From Candidatus Enterousia sp. (lineage in GTDB: Bacteria > Pseudomonadota > Alphaproteobacteria > Rs-D84), in contig JAZROV010000003.1 of assembly GCA_045648885.1 (NCBI GenBank), positions 3,179-67,178 on the forward strand: a DNA stretch of 64,000 nt, in the 5' to 3' direction. The position numbers and the translations under genes were made by a program. The number at the start of each line of letters is the position of its first letter. Position 1 is the first letter of the stretch. The notes under the pieces were generated by a model that made no database searches, had not been told where the DNA came from, and saw only the letters and a program-made list of their open reading frames with translations. This document shows, one piece after another, positions 56,025 to 64,000 of this stretch.

Positions 56025-56131
56025 CTCTCTTAAAGACAATTTTATCATAAAAAACATTTGGTGTAAAGCAGAACATAGGTTTTATTCACAAAAAAACACC
56101 GCCCAGACGGGCGGCGTTTTGATTCAGATTT

Positions 56132-58312
56132 TTAATCTTCGGTTTTCACGGTCTTTTTCCATCCGCGCAAACATGTCTGATTTGATGTATCACAATAACC
56201 TTCTGATTGTAATGCAGATTGCAAACATCTTTCACGTACCGCCGCAGAATTCAAATTGGTTGTTCCAAATGTCAACGGTTGCGAGATTGCATTAACCTCT
56301 AATTGCGACGCACCTGTGCCGTACAAGATTTCACTTATCGTCACAATATTACGGCATGTGTTTGTTTTATAATCATCTGTGTAATCGCATCTGGTCGAAT
56401 CTTCTTTATCAACGACAGCAACCAACGGCGATTGCAACGGTGAACAAATCATCGTTTCATAGCAATGTGGAACCTGGGAAACCTGGCTGCAATATGCTTT
56501 GATACGTGCAGTTGTCCATTTGTCTTCGTCTTCATAATCTTCATAACAATCCCAGATTTCAGATATACACTGGTTGAAATTATCAATTGCAGTGGTCGCG
56601 TCAGCAAATACAGCATCGTCTTCTTCTTGTTTGAATTCCAGACGTTTTTGTTGTAATGCCTGTTCCGCAGCAATTTTTTGATAATTGATGTTCTGGGCAG
56701 TTTGTTTCAACGCCGCGCCATATGTATCACATGCAGAATTTGCGTCCAACAAATATTTTTGCATAATGCTGCGACGCGCATCCGCAACCGGACCACGAAT
56801 CGTCACATACGGATCGTTCGATGTCGATGTAGTCGTTCTGGTCCCCGTGGTTGTTGTGGTAGTTGTTGAATAACCAAAGCAACTGGCCGCGGACGCAACC
56901 GTCGCGCTGGTTGAGCCACGTTCATTCAAAACAACATCACCCGTTGAAGAATCAACAGAAATATAACTGTTGTAATTAAACGGACAATTTGATGTCGCAG
57001 ATGTTGCGCATTTTGAATGAGTTTTACCATCCGAATCTGTCAGTGTTCCCGGATTTCCGCAACTTTCATAAATTCCGTTAAAGCAAGAATCTAAGACACG
57101 ACCACAAACATTGTTATGGGCATATTCAAACAATTTATATCCCCATTTATTTGCCAAAGAATCCAGCGCAGCCGAATCTTCATCCACAGAATCTGTAACC
57201 CCAGACAACGCATTCACAACACCCGACACAGTTGTATATTGTGCAATCAAATTATTAGAATCATCAGATGTGTATTGTTTTGCCAAATCTTTTGCATCTG
57301 CCCAGGCTTTTAATTGCGCCAAAATATCAGATGACGAACCATCAATCGACGAAACATCAAATCCGAAATTATTGTTGCTTGATGTGCAATAAGACGGTTG
57401 AGAACAACTGGACACTTTGCCACCGTTGCTGCCATAAATATTATGACTTGAACACCATTCAATTGCTTCATCCGAACTGGCGCCATATTGCGCGATTGTT
57501 TCTTTCCATGATACGCAATTCATAACTTTTTCAGCATCGGTCAGCGAAAACGCATAGGATAAATCGTCGCCTTTGCCTTTGGTGGCAATCAAAAGTGACA
57601 ATTGACCCGACAATTTTATCAATTCTTCGTTTGCCGCTTCCAATGCATCTTCGGCCGCCAAGAAATTAGTTGCACGACCCGCACATGAACAGCGACCCTT
57701 GGTATCACTGCGCGCGGTGCAGATTTCGTCCATACAGGTATAATACGAAGACAAACAATTCGAATACGCATCGGCAGAAATCAATCCAGTTGAAGAATCA
57801 ATAATGTCTGAATATCCACCCGAATATAATTTACTGGTTAAATACGCATATGTCGTCGTCCCAGCACGTGTTCCGGCTATTGGTGTATTTGCAACACTTA
57901 AACGAGCCGGTGTCCCGGTTGTACGCGCACGAACGGCACGATTATCAGAACTGCGCGAAGATGCGGTTTGCGCACGTGATGTCACATTACGCGATGCATT
58001 TGTTGTCCGTGACGCAGTATTTGCGCGCGACGCCACAGAACGCGATGCAGTTCCCCGCGAAACCGTTGTTGTTGGACGCCCCCCGGTTGTCCGCGAAACC
58101 GTAGAACGCGACACAGTCCGATTAGATGTAGTCGTGTTTGAACGCGGGCTTTGCCGTCCAGAACGAACAACATTTTGATTATCTGGAACAATCGGATCTG
58201 CGAACACAGACCGCATGGATATAAATGTGGAACAAACAAAAAATGCCGTCGCCAAAAGGAACATAGTCCCCAATGCATTTTTACAAGAATCCATATTCAT
58301 ACGAATTTTCAT
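56132..58312 (-). CDS. Cys-rich secreted protein, paralogue 3 (about 726 aa)
   Basis: ATG 58312 with RBS AGGAGA. Signal peptide within MKIRMNMDSCKNALGTMFLLATAFFVCSTFISMRSVFA. Repeats of (S/T)R type (TVSRSTVSRTTGGRPTTTVSRGTASRSVASR). Motif CLSSYYTCMDEICTARSDTKGRCSC. Confidence 0.8.
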   Translation of the reverse strand: MKIRMNMDSCKNALGTMFLLATAFFVCSTFISMRSVFADPIVPDNQNVVRSGRQSPRSNTTTSNRTVSRSTVSRTTGGRPTTTVSRGTASRSVASRANTASRTTNASRNVTSRAQTASSRSSDNRAVRARTTGTPARLSVANTPIAGTRAGTTTYAYLTSKLYSGGYSDIIDSSTGLISADAYSNCLSSYYTCMDEICTARSDTKGRCSCAGRATNFLAAEDALEAANEELIKLSGQLSLLIATKGKGDDLSYAFSLTDAEKVMNCVSWKETIAQYGASSDEAIEWCSSHNIYGSNGGKVSSCSQPSYCTSSNNNFGFDVSSIDGSSSDILAQLKAWADAKDLAKQYTSDDSNNLIAQYTTVSGVVNALSGVTDSVDEDSAALDSLANKWGYKLFEYAHNNVCGRVLDSCFNGIYESCGNPGTLTDSDGKTHSKCATSATSNCPFNYNSYISVDSSTGDVVLNERGSTSATVASAASCFGYSTTTTTTTGTRTTTSTSNDPYVTIRGPVADARRSIMQKYLLDANSACDTYGAALKQTAQNINYQKIAAEQALQQKRLEFKQEEDDAVFADATTAIDNFNQCISEIWDCYEDYEDEDKWTTARIKAYCSQVSQVPHCYETMICSPLQSPLVAVVDKEDSTRCDYTDDYKTNTCRNIVTISEILYGTGASQLEVNAISQPLTFGTTNLNSAAVRERCLQSALQSEGYCDTSNQTCLRGWKKTVKTED

Positions 58313-58533
58313 GAAAATCTCCTGCCTATTGTTGCACACAAACAACGCCAGATTTCTGACATGATTTGCGAACAATTCCTTCACTTAAAGAAAATTATAA
58401 CATTTTTAGACGAATGTGTAAATAACAAAAATCGTATTTTATATATAAAAACAACTTTATTTTATTAGACATAAAAACAAAAAAATTTGTAGTATTATTT
58501 TAAAGAAACATACTTTTATGAACAAAGGTGGAT

Positions 58534-59091
58534 ATGATGAAAAAAATTTTAATTTCTTTGATTGCTTTGACGCTGACGCTGCCTGCCGTTGCAGAAACAA
58601 ACATTATGTTTGGTGATAAAATAAATTCAATGACTTTTTACGCAGCCCAAGGCGTAGGTTCTGGCTCTTTATTAAAAGTTGTTCAACCTGGGCTGTGGGA
58701 TTTTAATCCACAAACATTTGTTATGCTGCAATACAGTCAACCTATTCAATTCTTTCGTCTGGATTCACGTTTGAATTTGAATGTCGGGCAAAATTTTGCC
58801 TATAATTCCAGCCAGGGTCTTTATTTCATGGGCATCGGGATTTCAGTAGATACCGCTTTGTTGCAATATAATGATTGGTATATGGGAATCGGTATTGGGC
58901 CATTTATGCGCGAAAGACGCGATCGTTGGGTCGAAAGTCGTCTGGTATTTGGCGAAAAAGTTTTTATCGGAAAAAATATTTCAGAAAATTGGCATATTGA
59001 ATTATTTACTATACATTTTTCAAATGGCAATTTCACCACGAAAAACGAAGGATTTAATTTCGCAGGTCTGGGTTTTGGGTATAAATTCTGA
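58534..59091 (+). CDS. Outer-membrane acyloxyacyl hydrolase / lipid A 3-O-deacylase (PagL)-like protein
   Basis: Signal peptide, a small beta-barrel-like alternating pattern, the HFSNG motif near the C-terminus and a terminal aromatic residue (GYKF). Confidence 0.55.
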   Translation: MMKKILISLIALTLTLPAVAETNIMFGDKINSMTFYAAQGVGSGSLLKVVQPGLWDFNPQTFVMLQYSQPIQFFRLDSRLNLNVGQNFAYNSSQGLYFMGIGISVDTALLQYNDWYMGIGIGPFMRERRDRWVESRLVFGEKVFIGKNISENWHIELFTIHFSNGNFTTKNEGFNFAGLGFGYKF

Positions 59092-59093
59092 CG

Positions 59094-59270
59094 ATTTAAG
59101 AAATCATACCTGTGGAACAAATATATAAAAAAACACATAATATAAACGTTCACATTTCGACAGCCCCATAAAAAAAACAAACAAACGGGTAAATGTGAAC
59201 AACAAGGTGCCCCTTAACGTGGTTGGTGGCATCAAAGGCCCCTGTCTTTTGACGGGGGTTTCGTGTTTTT
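59094..59270 (+). ncRNA. Candidate sRNA unit 1 (promoter-like box to intrinsic terminator)
   Basis: The 24-mer ATTTAAGAAATCATACCTGTGGAA, then ACACATAAT 39 nt after the unit start, a GC-rich body, and terminator CCCCTGTC-TTTT-GACGGGG plus GTTTCGTGTTTTT (59239..59270). Confidence 0.4.
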
Positions 59271-59283
59271 ACCCCCAACAATT

Positions 59284-59500
59284 ATTTAAGAAATCATACC
59301 TGTGGAAAACACATTAAAAATAACACATAATCATATTGTCTATGATACACGGCAACCCCAAAGAATTTATTTCGACGGCGGGTTGAGGCATAGACCATCA
59401 ATGCCCCATTCACCGTGGTTCGGGGCGTTGAAAACAAGACCCCGCGTCACCATATCCGCGACGAAAGTCAACGACACATGGTGGGCGGGGTTTTTATTTT
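59284..59500 (+). ncRNA. Candidate sRNA unit 2 (tandem paralogue of unit 1)
   Basis: The same 24-mer at 59284..59307 and ACACATAAT at the same 39 nt offset. GC-rich body with GGCAT/ATGCC and CCCC/GGGG stems. Long terminal hairpin CCCCGC..CACCAT/ATGGTG.GCGGGG plus TTTTTATTTT. Confidence 0.4.
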
Positions 59501-59516
59501 ATATTTTTTCTCGTGA

Positions 59517-59918
59517 TTAACAACCGCGATTACATGTACGTCTTACGCGAGTATATGTACCCGATGGAACATATCTGATAACCGGTTTGTATTGTTGAAC
59601 AGTTTCACGAACAAAATATTCACGACGAACAACCGCTTCAACATCACGTGGTTGATATACGCGCGCTTCATATGTATCAACATATGCTGGTGCAACATTA
59701 TAAACCTGGGTTTGAGTTGTTGTTTGGGTTGTTTGTGTTTCGTCTGCCATTTCGCATTCAACAACAGTAATAACTGTGCGATTGTCGGCTGCCGCTTCGT
59801 CCAGCACCGCACGCATGTGCGATTCATCACAATTTGAAACAGACATTTTGTAATAATCGGCCATCGCAGATACAGATGCCAAAGCAGCAACAAAAGAAAC
59901 CAGAACAATTTTTTTCAT
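59517..59918 (-). CDS. Small secreted protein (133 aa)
   Basis: Signal peptide MKKIVLVSFVAALASVSAMA from ATG 59918. Thr/Gln-rich linker. C-terminal CNRGC. Confidence 0.55.
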   Translation of the reverse strand: MKKIVLVSFVAALASVSAMADYYKMSVSNCDESHMRAVLDEAAADNRTVITVVECEMADETQTTQTTTQTQVYNVAPAYVDTYEARVYQPRDVEAVVRREYFVRETVQQYKPVIRYVPSGTYTRVRRTCNRGC

Positions 59919-60059
59919 GTTTTTAACTCTTTTTGTTTTGTTCTCTCTGCCTCTTAACGGCAATTTTATAATATATTTTTTTGTCTGCAAGAAAAAAACT
60001 TAATGGTTGACAAAATAAATAAACGTATTATATTTATATAAAAGAAAAAAAAGGAAACC

Positions 60060-60914
60060 ATGTTGAAAGACAAAATAAATGAAATTCAACAAATTATAAA
60101 ATACAATCCGTATCGCGAATACGTTGGGGAATGGTCACCAAAAAAAATCCAAAACATATATCGTGAAATTTACGAAAATCCTTTTCGCCCATGGGTTTTT
60201 GTTTCTGTTGGTGGATTGTCGATAAAAATGGTTATTGATGCAATATGGAACGAAATGTCATATAACCCATTGCGTTTTGGCATTCAAAACCCATTTGCAA
60301 AAAACGACATTCAATCTGTCAGACAATTTTGTAAAAAATATGATGACCATAACCCTGAAACCAAAGACATTATGTCAAACATTGCACATAAATTATCATC
60401 ATTTTTGTATTTCATAGGAAAATCAAATCCTGAATTTAATACAAACGAAAAAATCAATGGTTCCAGCATACTGATAAAATGCAATTACAATCGCAAACCA
60501 AACGATGGATATATTGCTTTGTCGTGTTTGGTTGGCGCAATACATTTAATTGCATCTCAAAATTTAAAAGATTATAAAATCAAAGCGTTCCGCAAACAAA
60601 TCAACGAGATTGCCATGTCACGTCATCCAAACCTGCAACGCTCTAGACAATATCTGAATTTTATAAACATGGCCAGAATTGGTGAAAAGAAAGATTCTTT
60701 GTATGACAATATAATGAAAAAAACAAACGAAATATCAGAAACCCAGACACGCATACAAACACTGAACGATTATGATCCGCCCGTTGACACATCAGACGAA
60801 TACAGACAATTGGCACGTCAACAATCTGAATTACAAAGTCTGGAAGAACAATATGAAAATGTAAAAATAAAATATGATAAAATGGTCGTGCAACAAAACG
60901 GTATTGAAAAATAA
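60060..60914 (+). CDS. Hypothetical protein (284 aa) with a C-terminal coiled coil
   Basis: RBS AAGGAAA. Intact ORF followed by hairpin ACGCC-TGTC-GGCGT plus a T-run at about 60915..60940. Confidence 0.6.
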   Translation: MLKDKINEIQQIIKYNPYREYVGEWSPKKIQNIYREIYENPFRPWVFVSVGGLSIKMVIDAIWNEMSYNPLRFGIQNPFAKNDIQSVRQFCKKYDDHNPETKDIMSNIAHKLSSFLYFIGKSNPEFNTNEKINGSSILIKCNYNRKPNDGYIALSCLVGAIHLIASQNLKDYKIKAFRKQINEIAMSRHPNLQRSRQYLNFINMARIGEKKDSLYDNIMKKTNEISETQTRIQTLNDYDPPVDTSDEYRQLARQQSELQSLEEQYENVKIKYDKMVVQQNGIEK

Positions 60915-60991
60915 AAAACGCCTGTCGGCGTTTTTTTATTTACGAAAAAATACTTGTAAAAAAATTCGCATAATTTAATATAATTATATTC

Positions 60992-61459
60992 ATGAACAAA
61001 GACTTTAACTACACAGGTTCTATTATTTTGGGAATGCACGACGCAATTGTATCTTTGACAGGATTGATTGTGGGGTTAAGTTTTGCATTCACAGACTCAA
61101 ATATTATCGTTTTATCATGCATAATATCATCAATAACTGCGTCACTGTCCATGGGGGCAGCAAATTATCTTGCAACTAAAACAACACATAAACAGCACGC
61201 TATTCGGGCCGCATTATACACATGTGCTGCATATATAATAACTTGTATTATTTTGATTTTGCCTTTCGTTATATTTTACAATCGAATAACTGCGCTTTTA
61301 TCTGTATTTATTTTAGTTATACTTATAATTTACACATTTAACCGTATTGTATATCGACGAATCAACAAACATTTTTATGAAATGTTGACTATATGTTTTA
61401 TTGTTTCACTGGTTGCATTTTTAATCGGCGAAGGCGCCAAGATTATCTTTGGTATATAA
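60992..61459 (+). CDS. VIT1/CCC1-family membrane protein (membrane domain only)
   Basis: GSIILGMHDAIVSLTGLIVGLSFAF...ITASLSMGAANYLATK pattern. Confidence 0.5.
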   Translation: MNKDFNYTGSIILGMHDAIVSLTGLIVGLSFAFTDSNIIVLSCIISSITASLSMGAANYLATKTTHKQHAIRAALYTCAAYIITCIILILPFVIFYNRITALLSVFILVILIIYTFNRIVYRRINKHFYEMLTICFIVSLVAFLIGEGAKIIFGI

Positions 61460-61490
61460 AAAAAACGCCCATACGGGCGTGAATGTTTGT

Positions 61491-62021
61491 TTACCTTTTG
61501 CATGAACGTTTTTGTTCTTCGTACCATTGGCTTTGTAAATCTGCATAATTGACTTTTTTGCCACCGTGCAACGTAACCGTTTTATCAAATCCTGTAAACC
61601 CCAAAGAATCGCCCAATTTGCGTCTTAATTTTTCATCTGCTTGACGCATTTTCTCTTCACGTTTTTTGTAAACATAAAATCCAATTCCCGGAGAAAATTT
61701 GCCATCATCAAAAATACTATTGTATAATTTGGCCAATTGTTTTTCATATTTATCTGCAAAATCAGTCATCTGTTTAATAGTCCAACCTTTAAAAACCTCA
61801 TCAAAAAGCATTTTTTGATTTTCTGAAAATTCATCTATTGGCAATCTGCCTAAAACAACTTTTCGTATTTTTTCACGCTGAGCAGGGTCATGTTGCCAAT
61901 TTGGATATTTTGCTTCCATTTCTTGGTTGACTTGAGTTCTGCTTTTCAATTTCACATTATTATATTTACGATAAAAATTATTTATACGTTCAAACGCATG
62001 TTGTTCAGATAATCTTGTCAT
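61491..62021 (-). CDS. Hypothetical protein (176 aa)
   Basis: Intact ORF. A minus-strand terminator hairpin ACGCCC-GTAT-GGGCGT plus a T-run lies downstream at about 61458..61480. Confidence 0.55.
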   Translation of the reverse strand: MTRLSEQHAFERINNFYRKYNNVKLKSRTQVNQEMEAKYPNWQHDPAQREKIRKVVLGRLPIDEFSENQKMLFDEVFKGWTIKQMTDFADKYEKQLAKLYNSIFDDGKFSPGIGFYVYKKREEKMRQADEKLRRKLGDSLGFTGFDKTVTLHGGKKVNYADLQSQWYEEQKRSCKR

Positions 62022-62034
62022 TTTTATTTTTCCT

Positions 62035-62541
62035 TTATTCTTCGTCGACCAAAGCCATATTCAAACCATATTTACCGGCCGGACCAATAATACTGTATTT
62101 CTTTTTATTTACAAACCCCATCAAACCGGCATTACCATGGAACAAATACACATGCGACGCGTCGTTTTCCAGCGCTTTTTGATCAATATCAAAACCGTTT
62201 GTATAAACCAGATTGTGAACCGTATGGTCTTTTTCTTTATCACGTTGTTTCACCAGCCACGCATTCAACGGACAACGATAAACCAAATTTTCTTGTTCTA
62301 TCTTGGCATTTTGTTCCGCGATATATTTTTCACATTGTTCAGGCGTTTTCGCGCGTTTCAAACAAATCTGTAAATCTTCGGGGAACCGCGCAAAATCTGT
62401 ATTACAACTTTCAACCGTATTACAATCTTTTTCGTTCATAGTCCCCTTTTGATGACCAATAACTTCACAATCAGAAACATCAATCGCTGCAAAACCCAAC
62501 GCTGGCGCAAAACAGAACAAAACAAAAAACAATTTACGCAT
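62035..62541 (-). CDS. Secreted hypothetical protein (168 aa)
   Basis: Signal peptide MRKLFFVLFCFAPALGFA. Promoter TGTGATATAAT on the minus strand at 62567..62577. RBS AAAGGA. Confidence 0.6.
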   Translation of the reverse strand: MRKLFFVLFCFAPALGFAAIDVSDCEVIGHQKGTMNEKDCNTVESCNTDFARFPEDLQICLKRAKTPEQCEKYIAEQNAKIEQENLVYRCPLNAWLVKQRDKEKDHTVHNLVYTNGFDIDQKALENDASHVYLFHGNAGLMGFVNKKKYSIIGPAGKYGLNMALVDEE

Positions 62542-62626
62542 AAAAACATCCTTTCTTTTCGGACATATTATATCACATTTTTACCAAAATAGATAATAAA
62601 AAAACCGCCCTATCGGACGGGATTTA

Positions 62627-62869
62627 TTAACGACAATTTTTAGCCAGAGCCTGTTGTATCATCATGTCTTTCACGCATTGGCGTGCCACAGCAATCTGTT
62701 CGGGACTCATACAATCTTCATCACACGAATTCATCGCATTGATAATATATGCGGCACGATCACTGGCAGACATTTCAATCAAAGAATTAAATTCCTTTTC
62801 TTGGCCATTGTCTACAACAATTCTGCGTTTTTGTAATTTTGGACCTATTGAACGTAAAAATTTTTTCAT
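62627..62869 (-). CDS. Small protein (80 aa), paralogue of 62891..63082
   Basis: Shares EMSASDR.AY with its neighbour. Confidence 0.5.
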   Translation of the reverse strand: MKKFLRSIGPKLQKRRIVVDNGQEKEFNSLIEMSASDRAAYIINAMNSCDEDCMSPEQIAVARQCVKDMMIQQALAKNCR

Positions 62870-62890
62870 TTTTTTAACCTTTGTATTTAT

Positions 62891-63082
62891 TTATGCACCG
62901 CGCACACGACGCCAAGAATTCAACAAACCCGTATAATACGCGAAACGATCACTGGCAGACATCATTTCAGGCGAAGAATAAAAACGATGCACAATTTGGT
63001 TATTTTTCTTTTCAACAACCTCTATATTCATTGGGTTGTACGATTGCATAAAAGTTTTTTTGCCTTTTATTATAATATTCAT
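62891..63082 (-). CDS. Small protein (about 63 aa), paralogue of 62627..62869
   Basis: Start placed at ATG 63082 with RBS GGAGA. Contains EMMSASDRFAY. Confidence 0.45.
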   Translation of the reverse strand: MNIIIKGKKTFMQSYNPMNIEVVEKKNNQIVHRFYSSPEMMSASDRFAYYTGLLNSWRRVRGA

Positions 63083-63113
63083 TTCAATCTCCATTTTTAT
63101 ATATCCCATTTTG

Positions 63114-63141
63114 GGCAAAAAAACCGCCGAAATCGGCGGTT
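63114..63141 (-). terminator. Intrinsic terminator of the rRNA operon (after 5S)
   Basis: Minus strand reads AACCGCCG-ATTT-CGGCGGTT followed by TTTTTTGCCC. Confidence 0.75.
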
Positions 63142-63173
63142 AAAACTCGGTTTTTATGCGTTCTGGATTTAAT

Positions 63174-63288
63174 TCTGGCGACGACCTACTCTTCCGTGGC
63201 TTAAGCCAAAGTACCATCGGCGATACGGCTTTTCCCTGTCTGGTTCGGAATGGAACAGAGGGTTGCATCCGCTCTATAATCACCAGAA
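63174..63288 (-). rRNA. rrf: 5S ribosomal RNA
   Basis: Minus strand reads TTCTGGTGATTATAGAGCGGATGCAACCCTCTGTTCCATTCCGAACCAGACAGGGAAAAGCCGTATCGCCGATGGTACTTTGGC...GAAGAGTAGGTCGTCGCCAGAA. It has the conserved CCGAAC and GATGGTA boxes and a closing helix I. Confidence 0.9.
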
Positions 63289-63393
63289 TTAAATCCAGCG
63301 AACAGTATTATAATCTCTTCTTTCTTGATGTCAAGAATCTTTCAACGTTCTCTTCAAGCATTCGTTTGATAAAAATCAAACGATAAGATAAAA

Positions 63394-64000
<607 letters not shown>

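Noticed and set aside
59113-59150. GGAAC ... CGTT resembling an EcfG/ECF-sigma promoter in sRNA-like unit 1
   Set aside because: The spacing between the two boxes is about 28 nt rather than 16-17 nt, and unit 2 lacks the CGTT box.

Overview
AT-rich segment (GC judged by eye, not computed) from a diderm bacterium that is probably host-associated. An alphaproteobacterial, Rickettsiales/Holosporales-like origin is inference only. Core content: a translationally coupled marR-tolC-adaptor-RND efflux operon (RND gene runs off the left edge), merR-gyrA, rpmH, an acyl-ACP thioesterase, valS, comF, mrcA-mraY-ftsW-murG (no murD between mraY and ftsW), a degenerate IMPase/SuhB homologue, rpmE, uvrD, dnaQ, rplU-rpmA, and on the right edge 5S rRNA plus the 3-prime end of 23S rRNA. 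Four things stand out. (1) A ~19 kb accessory tract (about 5.5-24.5 kb) lies between the efflux operon and merR-gyrA. It is anchored on tRNA-Gln(UUG) and tRNA-Glu(CUC). It carries small, unrelated, effector-like genes: NADAR, PcfJ-like+LRR, MtnN-like nucleosidase, two SAM methyltransferases, HD hydrolase, GNAT, MuF-motif/PG-binding/GH24 lysozyme with a lipoprotein partner, and a transglutaminase-like protein. Two families of conserved intergenic modules partition the tract, and some of them contain tRNA 3-prime-end-like sequence. No integrase or transposase is visible. This looks like a cassette-accretion locus of an undescribed kind. (2) Five tandem polytopic VirB6/TrbL-like paralogues occur with no other T4SS genes nearby. 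(3) Three similar-sized paralogous Cys-rich secreted proteins (about 730-760 aa) bracket rplU-rpmA, and a giant Cys-rich membrane protein sits in an operon with a Gly-rich secreted protein and a membrane-anchored methyltransferase. (4) A tandem pair of promoter-to-terminator sRNA-like units is present. All functional calls rest on motif recognition by eye; no database search was possible.
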